DNA of 64,000 nt from Eledone cirrhosa (taxonomy: Eukaryota). The translations under genes and the position numbers were made by a program. This document shows positions 14,013 to 29,290 of the stretch, piece after piece (the first letter of the stretch is position 1; each line of letters opens with the position of its first letter). The DNA is taken from positions 496,001 to 560,000 of the forward strand of contig OZ024758.1 in NCBI GenBank assembly GCA_964016885.1. The letters are read 5' to 3'. The notes beneath the pieces were generated by a model that worked only from the letters and a program-made list of their open reading frames with translations, was not told where the DNA came from and did not search any database.

Positions 14013-14280
14013 CAAAGTGTGTTTTATAAATTTTGACATAGCCAAGGAACATACCTTAACGGTTAATATTTTCCTTGGATAGTGGACTTAGAGACAGATT
14101 TTTCAAAATTGTTAAGATGAGTATGCAAATGAATATGTAAATGAGGTTAAGGTAAATGTTTGAAAAAAAAACGTTATTTGAGACGCTAGGAAAGAAAGAA
14201 AAAGAAGAAAAAAGAGAAAAAGAAAAAGGAAAAAAGACAAAAGAAAAGAAGACCTTATATTTACGTTGATTCCTTCTGCT

Positions 14281-14314
<34 letters not shown>

Positions 14315-14513
14315 ATATATTCGTATGTATATATATATATATATTCGTATATATTTATGTATACATATATATATATTTATATATGTAGATATATATATAC
14401 ATGTATATATATTTATATATATATACATGTATATATACATGTATATATATATCTACATGTATATATATACATGTATATATATATACACATATATATATAT
14501 ACATGTATATTTG

Positions 14514-14559
<46 letters not shown>

Positions 14560-14562
<3 letters not shown>

Positions 14563-14688
14563 CGGGTAAAATTCCCGAGATCCATGGACGAGTTCTCTCC
14601 AGCGGTCTCTGTCCCTCATTATCGCTGCCATGTCCTGCATCTCCAACAGACCAGTGTCTGTCCTGAGGGCATCAACATACGTTAACCT
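14560..14688 (-). mobile_element. RTE-like LINE 3' end within (TA)n
   Basis: Minus strand [34 protein letters not shown] matches the RTE C-terminal pattern TYVD.L..DTGL....M.DR..WR. Confidence 0.7.
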
Positions 14689-14774
14689 ATATATATATAT
14701 ACACATATATATATATATGTGTACATATATATAGGTATATATGTATATATGTATATATATAGGTATATATGTAT

Positions 14775-14835
<61 letters not shown>

Positions 14836-15315
14836 CATAGGTATACCCAATATTGTCATTAGGAAGTGATTTCATTGATCACTTAAAACTAGGTGCTCAA
14901 TTCTATTTGTTACACATTTTATGAATTCATTAGTTTCTATTTGTAGAGGCGATACTATATTGTAACTTTAAATACATAAGGTCAACGGCAATATATAACA
15001 CAAACAACATTAGAAAACAATACATTCACCCATATATGGATTACATGACGGCCAGGAATACCAATAGATACATGATTATATTGGTGTATTGGCAGATATA
15101 TAGACAAATCAATACATATAAATATATAAATATATAGATGTATATGTCACATATTTGTTGATATAAACAGTTGACAGGCATTCGTTCTTTCATTTACAGT
15201 CCCTATATATACAAATATACACTCATATATTTATATATCTGTATGTGTGTCTATGTAGTATTTATGTATGTATAATACATATTATTTCTTTATTTTACCT
15301 TTTAAAGATATTAGG

Positions 15316-15413
<98 letters not shown>

Positions 15414-15418
15414 TATAC

Positions 15419-15449
<31 letters not shown>

Positions 15450-15595
15450 CATATATATATACTAGAATACTTTATAATATGAAACTTCTTTATTAATACC
15501 ACTATTCCTATATATATATATACATATATATATGTATACATACACACATATATATATATACATATATATATATACATACATATATATATACATGC

Positions 15596-15639
<44 letters not shown>

Positions 15640-15674
15640 GTATATATACATATATATATACGTATATATACACA

Positions 15675-15708
<34 letters not shown>

Positions 15709-15790
15709 CACATACATACATATATATATACATATATATATGCATACATATATATTAGTCTCTTTTATAGTCAATTATAATTATAATATA

Positions 15791-15831
<41 letters not shown>

Positions 15832-15872
15832 ATAGTATATATATATATATATATATACTCACACTTTAATAC

Positions 15873-15960
<88 letters not shown>

Positions 15961-16687
15961 TGTATATACGTGTATATATATGTATATATTCATATATATA
16001 CACACATACATATATATATATATCGGTTTTCAAAATACTATAATAGCCAAAATTTGATACTAATTGAATGAATAATTAATTAGTTTAGATTGAGTTTAAA
16101 ATATATTTTCTCATTTGAAACGTTGCTTTAACTCAGTTTCAGCTTTGTGTCTTCATATTGACTCATTCTTGTGGTGCGATCAAGCCCCTGTATAGAAGTT
16201 AGGTGTAAGAGAGCTGGGGAATATATTTGTAGTGCAGTCGGAATTTGTGAAAGAAGCCTGATGCATTTGTTTATCATTCTGGTTTGGGTCAAGATTGGTA
16301 ATGGAGAGTATTTATATTTGAGTAGTTGGTTAATGTGTGGGTTTTTACTTGGTATGTGTACATAAATATGTGACTTTGCGCATACAAAGCACACATATGC
16401 CCACACTGCCAGGCATATACTCATGCATATGCTTGCAGATATCTATCTATATATATATATATCAAACTATATGTGTATATACCTTACATATACGATCGTA
16501 AAACAATGAACTAACTATCCACCTATACCTGACTTCTGTTTATTTGTTGTTCTATGCAGAGAGTGAGAGAGAGAAAGAGAGAGAGAGAGTGAGAGAGAGA
16601 GAGAGAGAGAGTGAGAGAGAGATAGAGATAGAGAGAGAGAGAGAGAGATAGAGAGTGAGTGAGAGAGAGAGAGATAGAGAGAGAGAG

Positions 16688-16770
<83 letters not shown>

Positions 16771-16916
16771 GAGAGAGAGAGGTACATACACTCATCAATA
16801 TATGCGGGCATATTCCCATGCTCCAAATAAGAACATATGTATAAACCGATGTATACATTCCTGTACTAAAACATGTATATCAGCACACGCCTCCCCCCAA
16901 CATATATATATATTTA

Positions 16917-16960
<44 letters not shown>

Positions 16961-17419
16961 AGATAGTATTGATTACTAGAAGTCTCACATGTCATATATA
17001 AGTTCATACTTACATAACTTACATTATGGAGAAATAATATGGCTGAGGAAAAATACCTTTGGGGAACATTCAGCATAATAAACAAAACACGATAGGGTCT
17101 TACTTATGTAATATGCTGAATAGGAGAGCTCCTATTATCTGAGGTTATTCATGCAATTAAAAGAGAATATGAACCCTTAGTTATTTCTCAAATTGACAAC
17201 AACAAAGCGAACTATGTAACTCTAAGAACATCAATGAATTGAAATTTTGGGGTAAATAGAAAAAATATCGCTTAAGAGGTTATCTGATATTTCAATCCAG
17301 TGAAACCATGCGGTGTATGTAAATGTTGTTAGATCTCCGCAGTGAAACAAAGTACTCAGTTTAGAAGATCAATATATATATATATGCGCGCGCGTGTGTG
17401 TGTGTGTATATATATATGC

Positions 17420-17468
<49 letters not shown>

Positions 17469-17499
17469 GCACACAGGCACACACACATATATATATATG

Positions 17500-17645
17500 C
17501 ATTCAAAAAATAAACAGAAATAATTCAAACGACACAATACAATGAAGAAATGTATTAGTTTTACACTTAATATAGGAAAAGAGACTTTACACTTCGGACA
17601 CTAGTCCTTCTTCAAAAGATAGAATGAGAAATAAAGGATGAAATA
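17500..17645 (-). mobile_element. PLE-type 3' end with decayed hammerhead (family B)
   Basis: Minus strand TTGAAGA-A-GGAC-TAGT-GTCC-GAAG; homologous over ~140 bp to 42680-42825; ends at a TA/TG microsatellite. Confidence 0.55.
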
Positions 17646-18221
17646 GCAAGATAGAGAATGAGAAGATACACGTGAGCCGGGACGGAGCTAAGGTGGTATT
17701 TGTGGTATGTCCGAGTCCAATGGTTTGAAGTTGGCTGACAGGGTACTTCTCCGGTGGTAGCAAAACATTAGGTAATTTCTCCTGTTGATAGATATCCGAC
17801 AGTCCTGAAGTATATGCAAGTTCTCTCGGAATCAGAGATGATAGTTGCATTGCCCGGAGCAGTATGGTGGTTCTCTGTCCATCAAGCTCCATTTAACGCT
17901 GGAGATGTGAAGCATGCATATAAACGAGAGAGGTTGGTAGAGTTATCTCTGCTCTTGAACATAAGGTGTTATACAAGAAGCAGTAGCTAGCTAACTTTAA
18001 TATTCTGTTAATTTAAGATGTTATTATACTTATTTCTATATGGGAAGTGTTTAGTGACCAAGGACAAGAAACTCTATGTTATATTTGTCGATGCTTCTAC
18101 ATTGAAGGGAGGATTGAACCATGTTATTTTCTCCTTCTAAATATCTCAGAATCGCGCACGGTGAAGTCACTTCTTGCTAATCTTTCATTTTAATGGACTA
18201 CAGCCATTTTTACACACACAC

Positions 18222-18376
<155 letters not shown>

Positions 18377-18991
18377 CACACACACACACACACAAACTCA
18401 TATATATATATATATATACATACATATATATATAAAGATACCTATAAATAGACAATTTCCGATCATGCCTCGAAGGTAGATGAAGCAATAAGCTGAAAAT
18501 TCAAGACCACTACAATATTTGTCTTGTGTGTGTAACTCTATCTTTGATTTAAAAGATTAACATCCTTATGACATTCATATATTTGAATATATGAACGAAG
18601 AAGATCAAAATCTTTGTTCAGATAACATTGTAATAGTCTGGTAGTTCGGGAAGAGAAAGGAAGAATGTAATTGTGAATATTGCATAAGGAAGTCTAAGCA
18701 GCTGTTTAGAAATAAATAAACGACAGACTTATGACTGAATTAATTAATCCACAGGCTCAGTAACATTATACATATAGTATGGAAACCTATACAAAAATAG
18801 TATACCAAGTCTTACAAAATATTATATATATATATATATATATATAGTATATATATATATATATGTTATGAATTTGTATATATATATGTTATGAATCTTA
18901 AAATATTGTTTTTCGTTCGTTATCTTGACCTCGATTTGCTATTTTTCTTAAGTTTATATATAAACACACACACACACACATATATATATAG

Positions 18992-19078
18992 TAATAATTG
19001 TTTCTACGTTATGTACAAGGCCAGCAATTAACCATTGTATTACTGGTACTTTATTTTATCGACCCCGTAAGGCAAAGT
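18992..19078 (-). mobile_element. SINE family 1, 3' fragment
   Basis: Tail and core present, head missing. Confidence 0.7.
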
Positions 19079-19256
19079 AATAATAATAAATTTAAAGACT
19101 AAAATCCAAAGAGGTCTCGATAAGGATAAATATATATCAAATATATAAGAACCGTAGAGCAAATATTTATTAAAATAAAAGATTAAAGAATCGCTGCTTT
19201 CACCCTTAACGTTAAGGGTGAAAGTAGCGATTCTTTGCTTAAACTTTAATCTGCTA

Positions 19257-19348
<92 letters not shown>

Positions 19349-19469
19349 TATATTTATAAATATATAAACTTAAGAAAAATAACAAAGCGAGATCAAGACA
19401 ACGAACGAAAAACAATATTTTAAGATGAAACCTTAACAAATTTATAATATATATATATATAGATATAAT

Positions 19470-20600
19470 ATTTTGTAAGACTTGGTATGCTATTTTTGTA
19501 TATGTTTCCATACTATATGCATAATGTTACTGAGCCTGTGGATTCACAGTTTGAGCCTGTTACAATTGGTCTTGATTTAAAATCCTTAGAGTGCTGTATG
19601 TTTATATAAGTTAAAGTTGATTCTTTATAGACATCAGAAATTGCTTTGTTCTTGTGGATTTTAGGGAGATCGTAGAAATTGATACTTTTATATTCAAAAT
19701 GAGTTACGTAGTCATATTCTTTGTTTGATAAACCTTTTTGATGTCGGTGAATGAGTATGTTTATTTAAGGCATCGTCTTCCAGTGTTGGTAATTGTGTAC
19801 CTTTTCGCAAAAGGTATTGTCTTTTAGTAGAGATAATATAGCACTCTGACGTGTTTAACAATCATAATGATAACAGTACTTCCTTTACTTGATTCCTTAA
19901 TAACGATGTCATTATTGTTTTTGAGTTCCCCTTCCTATTGACTGGTATTGGGTTTAAGGTTTAGGGTGTGGTAGTTCGTTGTATGGAAATGTGGATATAA
20001 AGTCACAAAACTTGTCTTTTTGTTTTATTCTTACATTTTCTTGATTTGTAACTTTTGTTTCTAACAATTGATTTGTCGCTGTTTCCCATATTAAATAATT
20101 CCTCTGTTAGGTGTAATTTTCTGCAGAAATGTGAAATATCATCTTTGATTTCGCTGTATTGTGGTGTTGGAGTAAATTTTAGACCTGTTGATAGAATATT
20201 AATTAGTTACATTGAAGAGATTTCTTTCGAGTAGGTTGATTATCTTCCGTTTGTATTAACAGGTGTCGGGAATTCTGTCAAAAACCATCTTTCAAATATG
20301 GCATTGCATTGCTATTTCTGTATCCGTTCACATTGTCTCTATTATAATGTTACAATAAACTATGTTGTAATGATTTGTGCATTATTAGATATCGGTTGTG
20401 ACTGGTTCTGTCTGTAATTGTTCTACGAGTAGTTATTTGATCAGTTGAATATGTTGTAATCTTCGATTTTGGAAAAAACTATCCCTCTTGGGGGTAAGGG
20501 TACTTTGAGTTGGGTTTTTATCATATCTATATATTCTGGAATTATGCGTAAGATAATTATTTCACAAAATTCTATGCATAAGAACGTGATCATCCTCAAC
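19470..20600 (-). pseudogene. Decayed Penelope-like element ORF (N-terminal region plus RT motifs 1-2), Naiad/Neptune-like
   Basis: Frameshifted minus-strand peptides: ILSTGLKFTPTP..DDISHFCRKLHLTE (from ~20200), DKSIVRNKS, ELKNNNDIVIKESSKGSTVIIM (19863-19928), FYDLPKIHKNKAI...DFKSRPIVTGSNC..HRLSN (19530-19680). These match the PLE signatures LxxGLxFxPTP, DIVIKxADKG, FYGLPKIHK and RPIV. Truncated at (TA)n. The clade assignment is tentative. Confidence 0.85.
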
Positions 20601-20847
20601 AAATCAAATCGTATCTTATATCGATAGCAATGTGACCTATGTTGTCTCCGTAAAAGTAGAACATTTTAAAGCTCCTGTCAGCCGCGAGACATACGGCAAA
20701 GCTCCATGTTTTCGTGTCACTTTTGAAACCGGTAAAGCGATCTATTGAAATAAATCTTCTTCTTAGCAATAAAGTGCATTTCAGCGTCTTTATATATATA
20801 TATATATATATATACATACATACACACACATATATATATATACATAT

Positions 20848-20891
<44 letters not shown>

Positions 20892-21256
20892 GTGTGTGTG
20901 TGTGTGCGTCTGTGTGTGTGTGTATGTATATTTATAGTCAATAAATGAAACAAACAAAACACAGGAGGTAATTTTTACAGCGTTATATTAGGTTCACAAC
21001 ATATTGAATATCAACACATTTCTTTGTGGTTGAGGTGATATTTAATACGTCACAATTTGATGCGATATAAATATACACATATATATATATACATATATAG
21101 GCATGTCTTTGTTGATAAGTTGTTTGCACTGCATCACGTGGTTTCCTGTTTAATTGAACAACGTGAAACTTTCTGCAATTCTCTTCATTCCTTCTCCGAT
21201 ACTGAAAACTACCGCGTGAACATCTATATCTACTATAATCTTTCACCGTAATTTTA

Positions 21257-21295
<39 letters not shown>

Positions 21296-21510
21296 GAACA
21301 TACAAGAGAGATAAACACAAATATAAACATACATGTGTTCGAATTGTAAAGGATCAGGTTTGCTGGATTGAGGAAGCGAAAACCAATCCAAACCAAACAG
21401 TGAGAGTGTTTTATTATTTCTGGCAATATTATAACAATATGACCCTCCCCATAATATTGCCAGAAATAATAATAAAACACTCTCACTGTTTGGTTTGGAT
21501 TGGTTTTCGC

Positions 21511-21745
21511 TTCCTCAATCATATCTTGTGCGTGACGCCATCACCCCTTCCTTCCTCAGTCATCTATAGTGAGTGACATCATCACCCATTTCTTCCTCAA
21601 TCATCTCTGGTATGTGACGTCATCACCTCTTCCTTCCTTAGTCATCTATAGTGAGTGACGTCATCACCCCTTCTTTCCAAAAATCATCTCTAGTGCGTGA
21701 CGCTATCACCCCTTCCTTCCTCAGTCATCTTTAGTGTGTGACGGA
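21511..21745. repeat. 41-bp tandem repeat, ~5.5 units
   Basis: Unit TTCCTCAGTCATCTATAGTGAGTGACGTCATCACCCCTTCC. Confidence 0.85.
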
Positions 21746-23145
21746 AGGATGGACGGTGTATACTAGATGTTTTACTTTCTAGGGATAGGCTATATGTCCC
21801 AGATCTGGAAAGCTTAGAAGTCGAGAAGTTACACAGTTAATGAACATTAGATTAACAGGTTAGACTAGGTATTCTCTTTTAATGAGATATCAGAAGAGCA
21901 CGGTTCAAGCATCAAGCTTATGCTACAATAAATATTTCCTTTTGACCCTCATTAGAACAAAGACTACATACAACAACAAAGGTCTCAATAGGTGCTTCAA
22001 AAGAAAAGAACAACGATTATGACCGACTATAGAAACAAATACTTTAAAACAAAAACAACAATAAATTTATTCTGAAAGAAAGTAGAAATGTAGTCTTGGA
22101 ACATTGTATTATATTGAGGAAGTGACCGATAAATGGAAAGGAGAGAGAGATGGAGGGAGAGAGATGGAGAGTGAGAGAGAGAGGGAGAAAGAAATAGAGT
22201 AAGAGAGAGAGGGGAGAAAGAGAGAGAGAAGAGAGAGGGATACAGAGATAGAGGTCGGGAGAGAAAGAGAGATGAGAAAAACAGGCAGGCGAGAGAGAGG
22301 AAAACGGGGAGAGAGACTGAGAGAGAGAGGGGGGGGGGGGGGAGATTGTTATCCTGATTCTCTTGACTACACTATGTTGTATGAGAGTTTGTTAACAGGA
22401 AAACAAATACGATGAAAAAATCAATTATCTATTTCTTTCCCCAAATTCTCCATCTTCCCAGTTTCCCGCTTTACAATTTCCCGTAGCTTTTCCACTAGAG
22501 TTTTGTTTGTAGTTTCCGCCTATACCATTCAATAAAACACCATTCTACAACACACTACATCAGCCCTACCACCATACCACTCTACTTCCTAGATTTCCAC
22601 TTTCTGACCATTTCACATCCTAGTATTGTTTTAGTCCAGGTATCTAAGAGATGATTTTTTCCGCTTAGCTACACATCATCCAAAGTTTTCTTTTCTACAC
22701 ATACACAAAAGCACATACGGATTCACATTCACACACACAAACATACACATACACACAACTCGTCACACATATATACTCATACCCACACACAGACGTTACA
22801 CGTACACACATGTACACTCGAACAAAATCTCAGACACAAACATATGCCAAATCAACAATTCTTTCAACATTCACATAAATAAAATATAGTCTACTATAGT
22901 ATTGACTTTATTCAAGTTTATTTATTTTGTCCTTACCAATAAACGACCCCTTTTGCCCTCTTTCTTGCCCCACCCCTCTCTCTCTCTCGTATATACTTGT
23001 ATATATGTATGTCTGTGCGTGTTCGTGGGTGAATTAATGTAGACATGTACATAAATGAATATATATATATATATATGTTTATCCCGGGTTTAATCGGGGG
23101 TAACCACAGTAAGTAAGGTATTCAATACATAGCAGAGTATAAATA

Positions 23146-23211
<66 letters not shown>

Positions 23212-23317
23212 AAGTGAAGTAATTCCGTCGGAAAGGTCCAGGAAAAAAGAGTGCTCTATGTAGGTTACATAGCTTACCACTGGTAAATGAAATAATTGCC
23301 TTATGTTGTTTATTACA

Positions 23318-23410
<93 letters not shown>

Positions 23411-24554
23411 ATATTGTACTTTGGATGAAGCATTATAAAATAGGAAATATAAATTTAAATAATTTTAAAAGTCATACAATGCATTGAAAATTAAAGGTGC
23501 CAAAGTAGCGTCAGAATTTTACCTCACCAAATTTAATTATATGTGTATGCTAACATATATGTATGATTTTATGTATGTATATATGTATATATCCATATAT
23601 GCATATGTATATATATGTGTGCATGTATGTATATAGGAATGTTCGTATGTATGTATGAGTGTGAGTATGTATCTATATACATCTTCAGACAAACATACAC
23701 GCATGCGTAGATGCTTGTACGTACACAGAATAAAACAGCCGGGAGATGAACCGGGTTGTTCGAGTGAAAATAATATAATTCCGTTTTCCATTTTTTTTCC
23801 TATTTTCCATGTGGAGTTTGATGAAGTGTAGAAAGCTTTGGGAGGCTATTGCAGTGTTAATTAGCTATGTATTCGATAATAAGCCGATGGTAGTGCCAAG
23901 AGTTTTGGGTGTCCGATTTATAACATGTGGAGCACGGGTACGTGTGGGGTGGAGGTTGTATGACGGTTGTGTCATTAAAATACATGTGTACGAAGTAAAA
24001 TTAAAAAAAAAATTCCCATGATAAATAAATGAAACACTCCCTTATCGGAAATAATAAAAAAAAATATAGAAAAAAATACACTAAGCAAAATTAGAAACAA
24101 ACAGCAGGTAATGTGGTGTAAGATAGAAATATTTTTTCTTCTGTTTTTGATAAAGTTTTTGATGAAACGTTAGAAAATTTGTGAGTACTGAAACTCTAAT
24201 TGCTGTATTGAAGCAATAGTTTTAATTAAGAGAAAGATGAAATATGCCAACCGAACATATTGATTATAAGATGTCTCTGAAGATATTTGCCGGAAAACCA
24301 AATTCTATTGAACTGCAAGGATTTCAAATTAGATATTTCTATATATAGAAAACGGAGCGGATGTAGAAAAAGCAGAGGTAAAACTACCAGAAACTTTAGT
24401 AGTTTGTCACCTGTTATCCCCACAGGGATGTATACTTCGTTAAAGGACATAAAACACATAAAATCAAATAGTCTAACATACAGCTGAATAAAGAGGTAAG
24501 TACTGAAACCCCGCTGTACAAGCTCAGAAAAGTTGGTTGAAGTGTAACGTTGAT

Positions 24555-24715
24555 TAAATTAACTCCAAATCTTTACTGGTACTTTATGTTATCGACTCCA
24601 GGTAGATAAAAGGCAAAGATGTGTCCTCGGTGGGATTTGAACTCAGAATTTTAAGAGCCAGAATAAATACCGTGATTGTATTTTACCGGACGCTCTACTA
24701 ATTCTGTAATCCACC
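24555..24715 (-). mobile_element. SINE family 1, diverged
   Basis: ctggtactttat..atcgac..aaaggcaaag..gggatttgaactcag. Confidence 0.7.
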
Positions 24716-26344
24716 ATTCTTTAAACTGTGATGTAATATAAATGTCAGGTCAGGCTTCTGCTTGCAACTGGTATCATGTAACCCAGTGCAATCTGGTTCA
24801 TGGTCGAGTATCAGTTTAGAGCACTGATTGACAGAATTGCTAGAGCATCAGTCAAGGTGATTTGTGTTAGTTTTCTGCCCCTTTTCTCTTCTGGTTTTTG
24901 TTACTTCACCCGGTCTAGCACCATTTTGCGATTTTGGGGAAGTTTTAGCGGAAATTTGTATGTTGCAAATATTCGGACCAGTTCACCGTTTTGGATATAA
25001 TTTCCCCTCTTTCTTTCACTAATCTCGAAGGCCCTAAATTAACGGGCCATATACACGGCCCTTCTTCCCTTGAGCGAGCAATAAAAAATAAAGTGTCTTT
25101 ACTAAGGCGAAATCTTACCAGGAGTTGAATTTGTTTTGATACTCATTTGAAATGATTACTGTATTAGAAGTGGTTTATATTTAACTCATTTGTATGAGAC
25201 AAAGTAATATTGGTTATTATGCCTAGGGATATGGAGACTATATATTGATGTTTGGTTTAGCCTGAAGTTAGTCATCTTTGAACATACATATAATTGAAAC
25301 AGTTCGTATATTTATGGTGTCATTTTGTATATTTACTACTACTTTAAACGATTTGTCTTGACAATTTGAGGGATTTGGCTACTATTTCTAGCAGATCAGA
25401 TGATCACCCAAACACTTCTCTTTAAAATTAATATTAGTTGTTACCTGATGTTATGATATTAATATTTTTTCTCATTGACAATACCTGTTAATAGTGTCAA
25501 CATACGACACTCTATTATCTGCTAGAAATGACACCGTATCAATAAGTTTACAATTGATGTGTAATATTTTCAAATCCTTTTATTAATTTATACATAGGGG
25601 AGTGTTATAGGTGTTTGCATGAACCCAGTTATATTACTGTAAATTATTTGACGCCTAAAATACAGGAATACAAATACCTAAACTACCTCGATAACGTAAA
25701 ATATCTTTGTACGTTCTGCGTGAAAACATTGACTTGAAAAAGAAATAGACAAAAACATAATGGCATTGGTTTATGAAACCAGACAAGTGGGAAGTCTTTG
25801 AATGGATTGCAGATGTCGCCTGCGACTGACTGTCGTTCTTCTAATGCCAGAGTGCAAATGTTTTGGCAGCGGTTGTAAACTATTTTACTCCAGGATAAAA
25901 TAAATTATGAAGAAAAAGTATATAGAAAAAATATATATCCTGAAAAACAAAACATAATCTGAAAACTAAAGAACACAACATTTAATATATATTAAATATA
26001 AATGGCAAAAAAAAATGAATATATTAAAAAAAACTATGAATAAAAACTAAAGTACAAAAGAAAATGAACTGGGTGATGTTGAAATGACCCGAGGGTTAGG
26101 AACATTCTAAGTGAATAAAGGGAAGAATTCGTCTACATGTTAGTGCCTTTTAGTTGTGTTGTTGAGAGAGGGACGAGGGGTCGGGATATACAGTGTAAAG
26201 TGAAAGAAATAATGAAGGGAGAATGAAAGAGAGAGGAATGGAGAGAGAGAGAGGGAGTGAGAGAGAGTGGGAGATAGAGAGGGAGTGAGAGAGAGTGGGA
26301 GATAGAGAGTGAGTGAGAGAGAGTGGGAGATAGAGAGAGAGAGA

Positions 26345-26418
<74 letters not shown>

Positions 26419-26527
26419 GAAAGAGAAAGACAGCCTAGGAATGAGACAAAATGAAAGGTAGAGGTATTCAGGGAAGGAATTAGAATAAGAAGAAAGAAGT
26501 TCTTTTTAAAAAGGAAGGAGAGAGATA

Positions 26528-26559
<32 letters not shown>

Positions 26560-27345
26560 GGTGGTTGAGGGTGCAACTACACGTGTGTGTGCACGTTCAT
26601 ACGAATACATACATACACACATGTATATATATATATATATATGTACAGTGATACATCTACACTCTGAGTTCAAATCACACCTTGATTAATTTTGAATTTC
26701 ATCGTTTAGAAGTCAATAATTAAAGTACCAATACTTGTTTTATGTCGATTCTTCTTCTTCCCTTTTCTTTTCTTTTTATCTGTTTCTCTGTGGAAGGAAT
26801 CGGCTGTTGTTAACTTTGGAAAGAGCTGAGATCCGCCGGGGTTAATCATGCTCATGTTATGCTGCCTGGGACGAAGGCACTTTTATGATTCCATTAATAG
26901 TTAAGATTTTAAGAATGAAAGAATGCATACATATGCATACACATACATATATGCATATATACATATATACATACATCCATACGAGTACATATATTCATAC
27001 ACATACATATATACCTACATATATACATTGTACAATACTTGTTATACTATATGAGAGATATTGCTCGGCTAAACCAAGACTGACTTGCAAAGTAGCAACA
27101 ACACAAACATATATCTAAGTGCATATGTGCATTCATATACATATATAACGCGTACATACATATACACACACATACATCCACATACACCAATATACGAACA
27201 CACATATGCCCCACAGAGACGCACATAGGCACGCACGCACTCACACAGGGACATAGATGTGTGAGATTGGTTTCAATTTTGGTTTTGAATTTGGCGATTT
27301 GGCAAAAGATATCCAACACACGAAACTAGCCTCGCAATGTCAAGA

Positions 27346-27817
<472 letters not shown>

Positions 27818-27875
27818 AACTCTGTGAGTGAACATTGCTAATTTTCTCCCTCATATCAAGAATTTGAAGACAATT

Positions 27876-27962
27876 CATTTTCACCTGATGAGATCAGTGA
27901 TAATTGATCATGGCTTTACGATCGATCTATCGCTTATTGAAACATATGTCGTGATTAAAATG
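27876..27962 (+). ncRNA. Intact minimal type-I hammerhead ribozyme
   Basis: TCAC-CTGATGA(27885-91), then a ~17-bp stem II (GATCAGTGATAATTGATC/GATCGATCTATCGCTTATT), GAAA(27939-42)-C-ATAT-G-TC|GTGA. All core nucleotides are canonical and the cleavage triplet is GUC. The island is flanked by (TA)n on both sides. Confidence 0.88.
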
Positions 27963-27996
27963 ATTGGAATTTTACCTTGTCTTCAGATTTTCATTT

Positions 27997-28072
<76 letters not shown>

Positions 28073-28359
28073 CACACACAACACACACATATATATATAT
28101 ACACATATATATACACGTATGTATATATATATACTACAAACACATCCATCCATACATTGAGGCATACATATATACATATACAGATTTCTACACAATATAT
28201 ACATATACATAGCAGAAACACATCTTCACACACACATTAATCGATTTCTATTAAAATTCCCATTTGTGAGAATTCGTTTACTTCCAGAATGACGAATTAA
28301 TTGGACTGAGCAGCGAAATATCTGCAAAAAGAGTTGATTTCGTTATTTTTATATAACAA

Positions 28360-28417
<58 letters not shown>

Positions 28418-28424
28418 GCTGCTT

Positions 28425-28492
<68 letters not shown>

Positions 28493-28949
28493 GCGACAAC
28501 TACTGTAATGATGTGAGGTACTTAACAACCAATGATATAGTAGAGGAAACTAAGTCAAGATTTTGATTTCTCAATGGTTTCCTCCCATCTGATCATTGAA
28601 TGTGGAAAAAGTTTGTTTATTGATATGAACAACTTCATCTACATGTAGCAATTACATATTTGTGCCTGTATGTAGTTATTGCTTTCGTCTTAATTTTAAG
28701 CCTACCTTAACTAGCAACTACACAGCCTTCCTATTCTCTCTCTGTCCCTCTCTATATATATATGTATATATATATGTGTGTGTGTGTCGTGGAATGATTA
28801 CGGTTGTCTACATTACAGTATTACAGTCGACGGTCGATTGCTTGATCAACCAATGCTTTTTATTTGAAATCGTATATACAGTATATAAACCTCCTTCATT
28901 TCCTCTAAGCATGAAACTAATATAACTAATATATATGATGGACTCTTCC

Positions 28950-29290
28950 TTCAATTTTGACTCATGAGTATCTAAACAATCTATTCAGTTTGGATGTTTA
29001 TGTCGGGTATGTTTGATAATACTTTTCTCCTCCCTCTTGCCTCTTGTAGCCTGTGGATACAACCTTATGACATACATATCTCCAGTCCTTCCGCTCCCAG
29101 TCCACTTGATCAAATGTCACATAAGGTATATTAGTTGTTGAATGGTTACTCTTCAGCTTATCCTTATACCTGAGCCATGGCCGTCCAATATTTTATATCC
29201 ATTCTCAAGCTGTCTGTACATGAGGACATTTGGTATTCATTTGACACTCATTCTGATAACATGAGTACCTGTACTGCCAATACTCCACCT
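28950..29290 (-). mobile_element. RTE-clade LINE C-terminal remnant
   Basis: Minus strand THVIRMSVK*IPNVLMYRQLENG / IGRPWLRYKDKLKSN...DWERKDWR matches the RTE C-terminal pattern GHVxRM..RIPK.LLYGEL..G..GRP.LRYKD.LK...DR..WR. Confidence 0.8.

Noticed and set aside
17587-17892. 101-aa ORF as a possible GIY-YIG C-terminus
   Set aside because: It lies next to a PLE-type end, but no recognisable GIY-YIG motif could be read.
24426-24495. Possible 70-bp exon (ccccacag|...gag|gtaagt)
   Set aside because: Splice-like signals only, with no homology; cannot be supported without RNA data.
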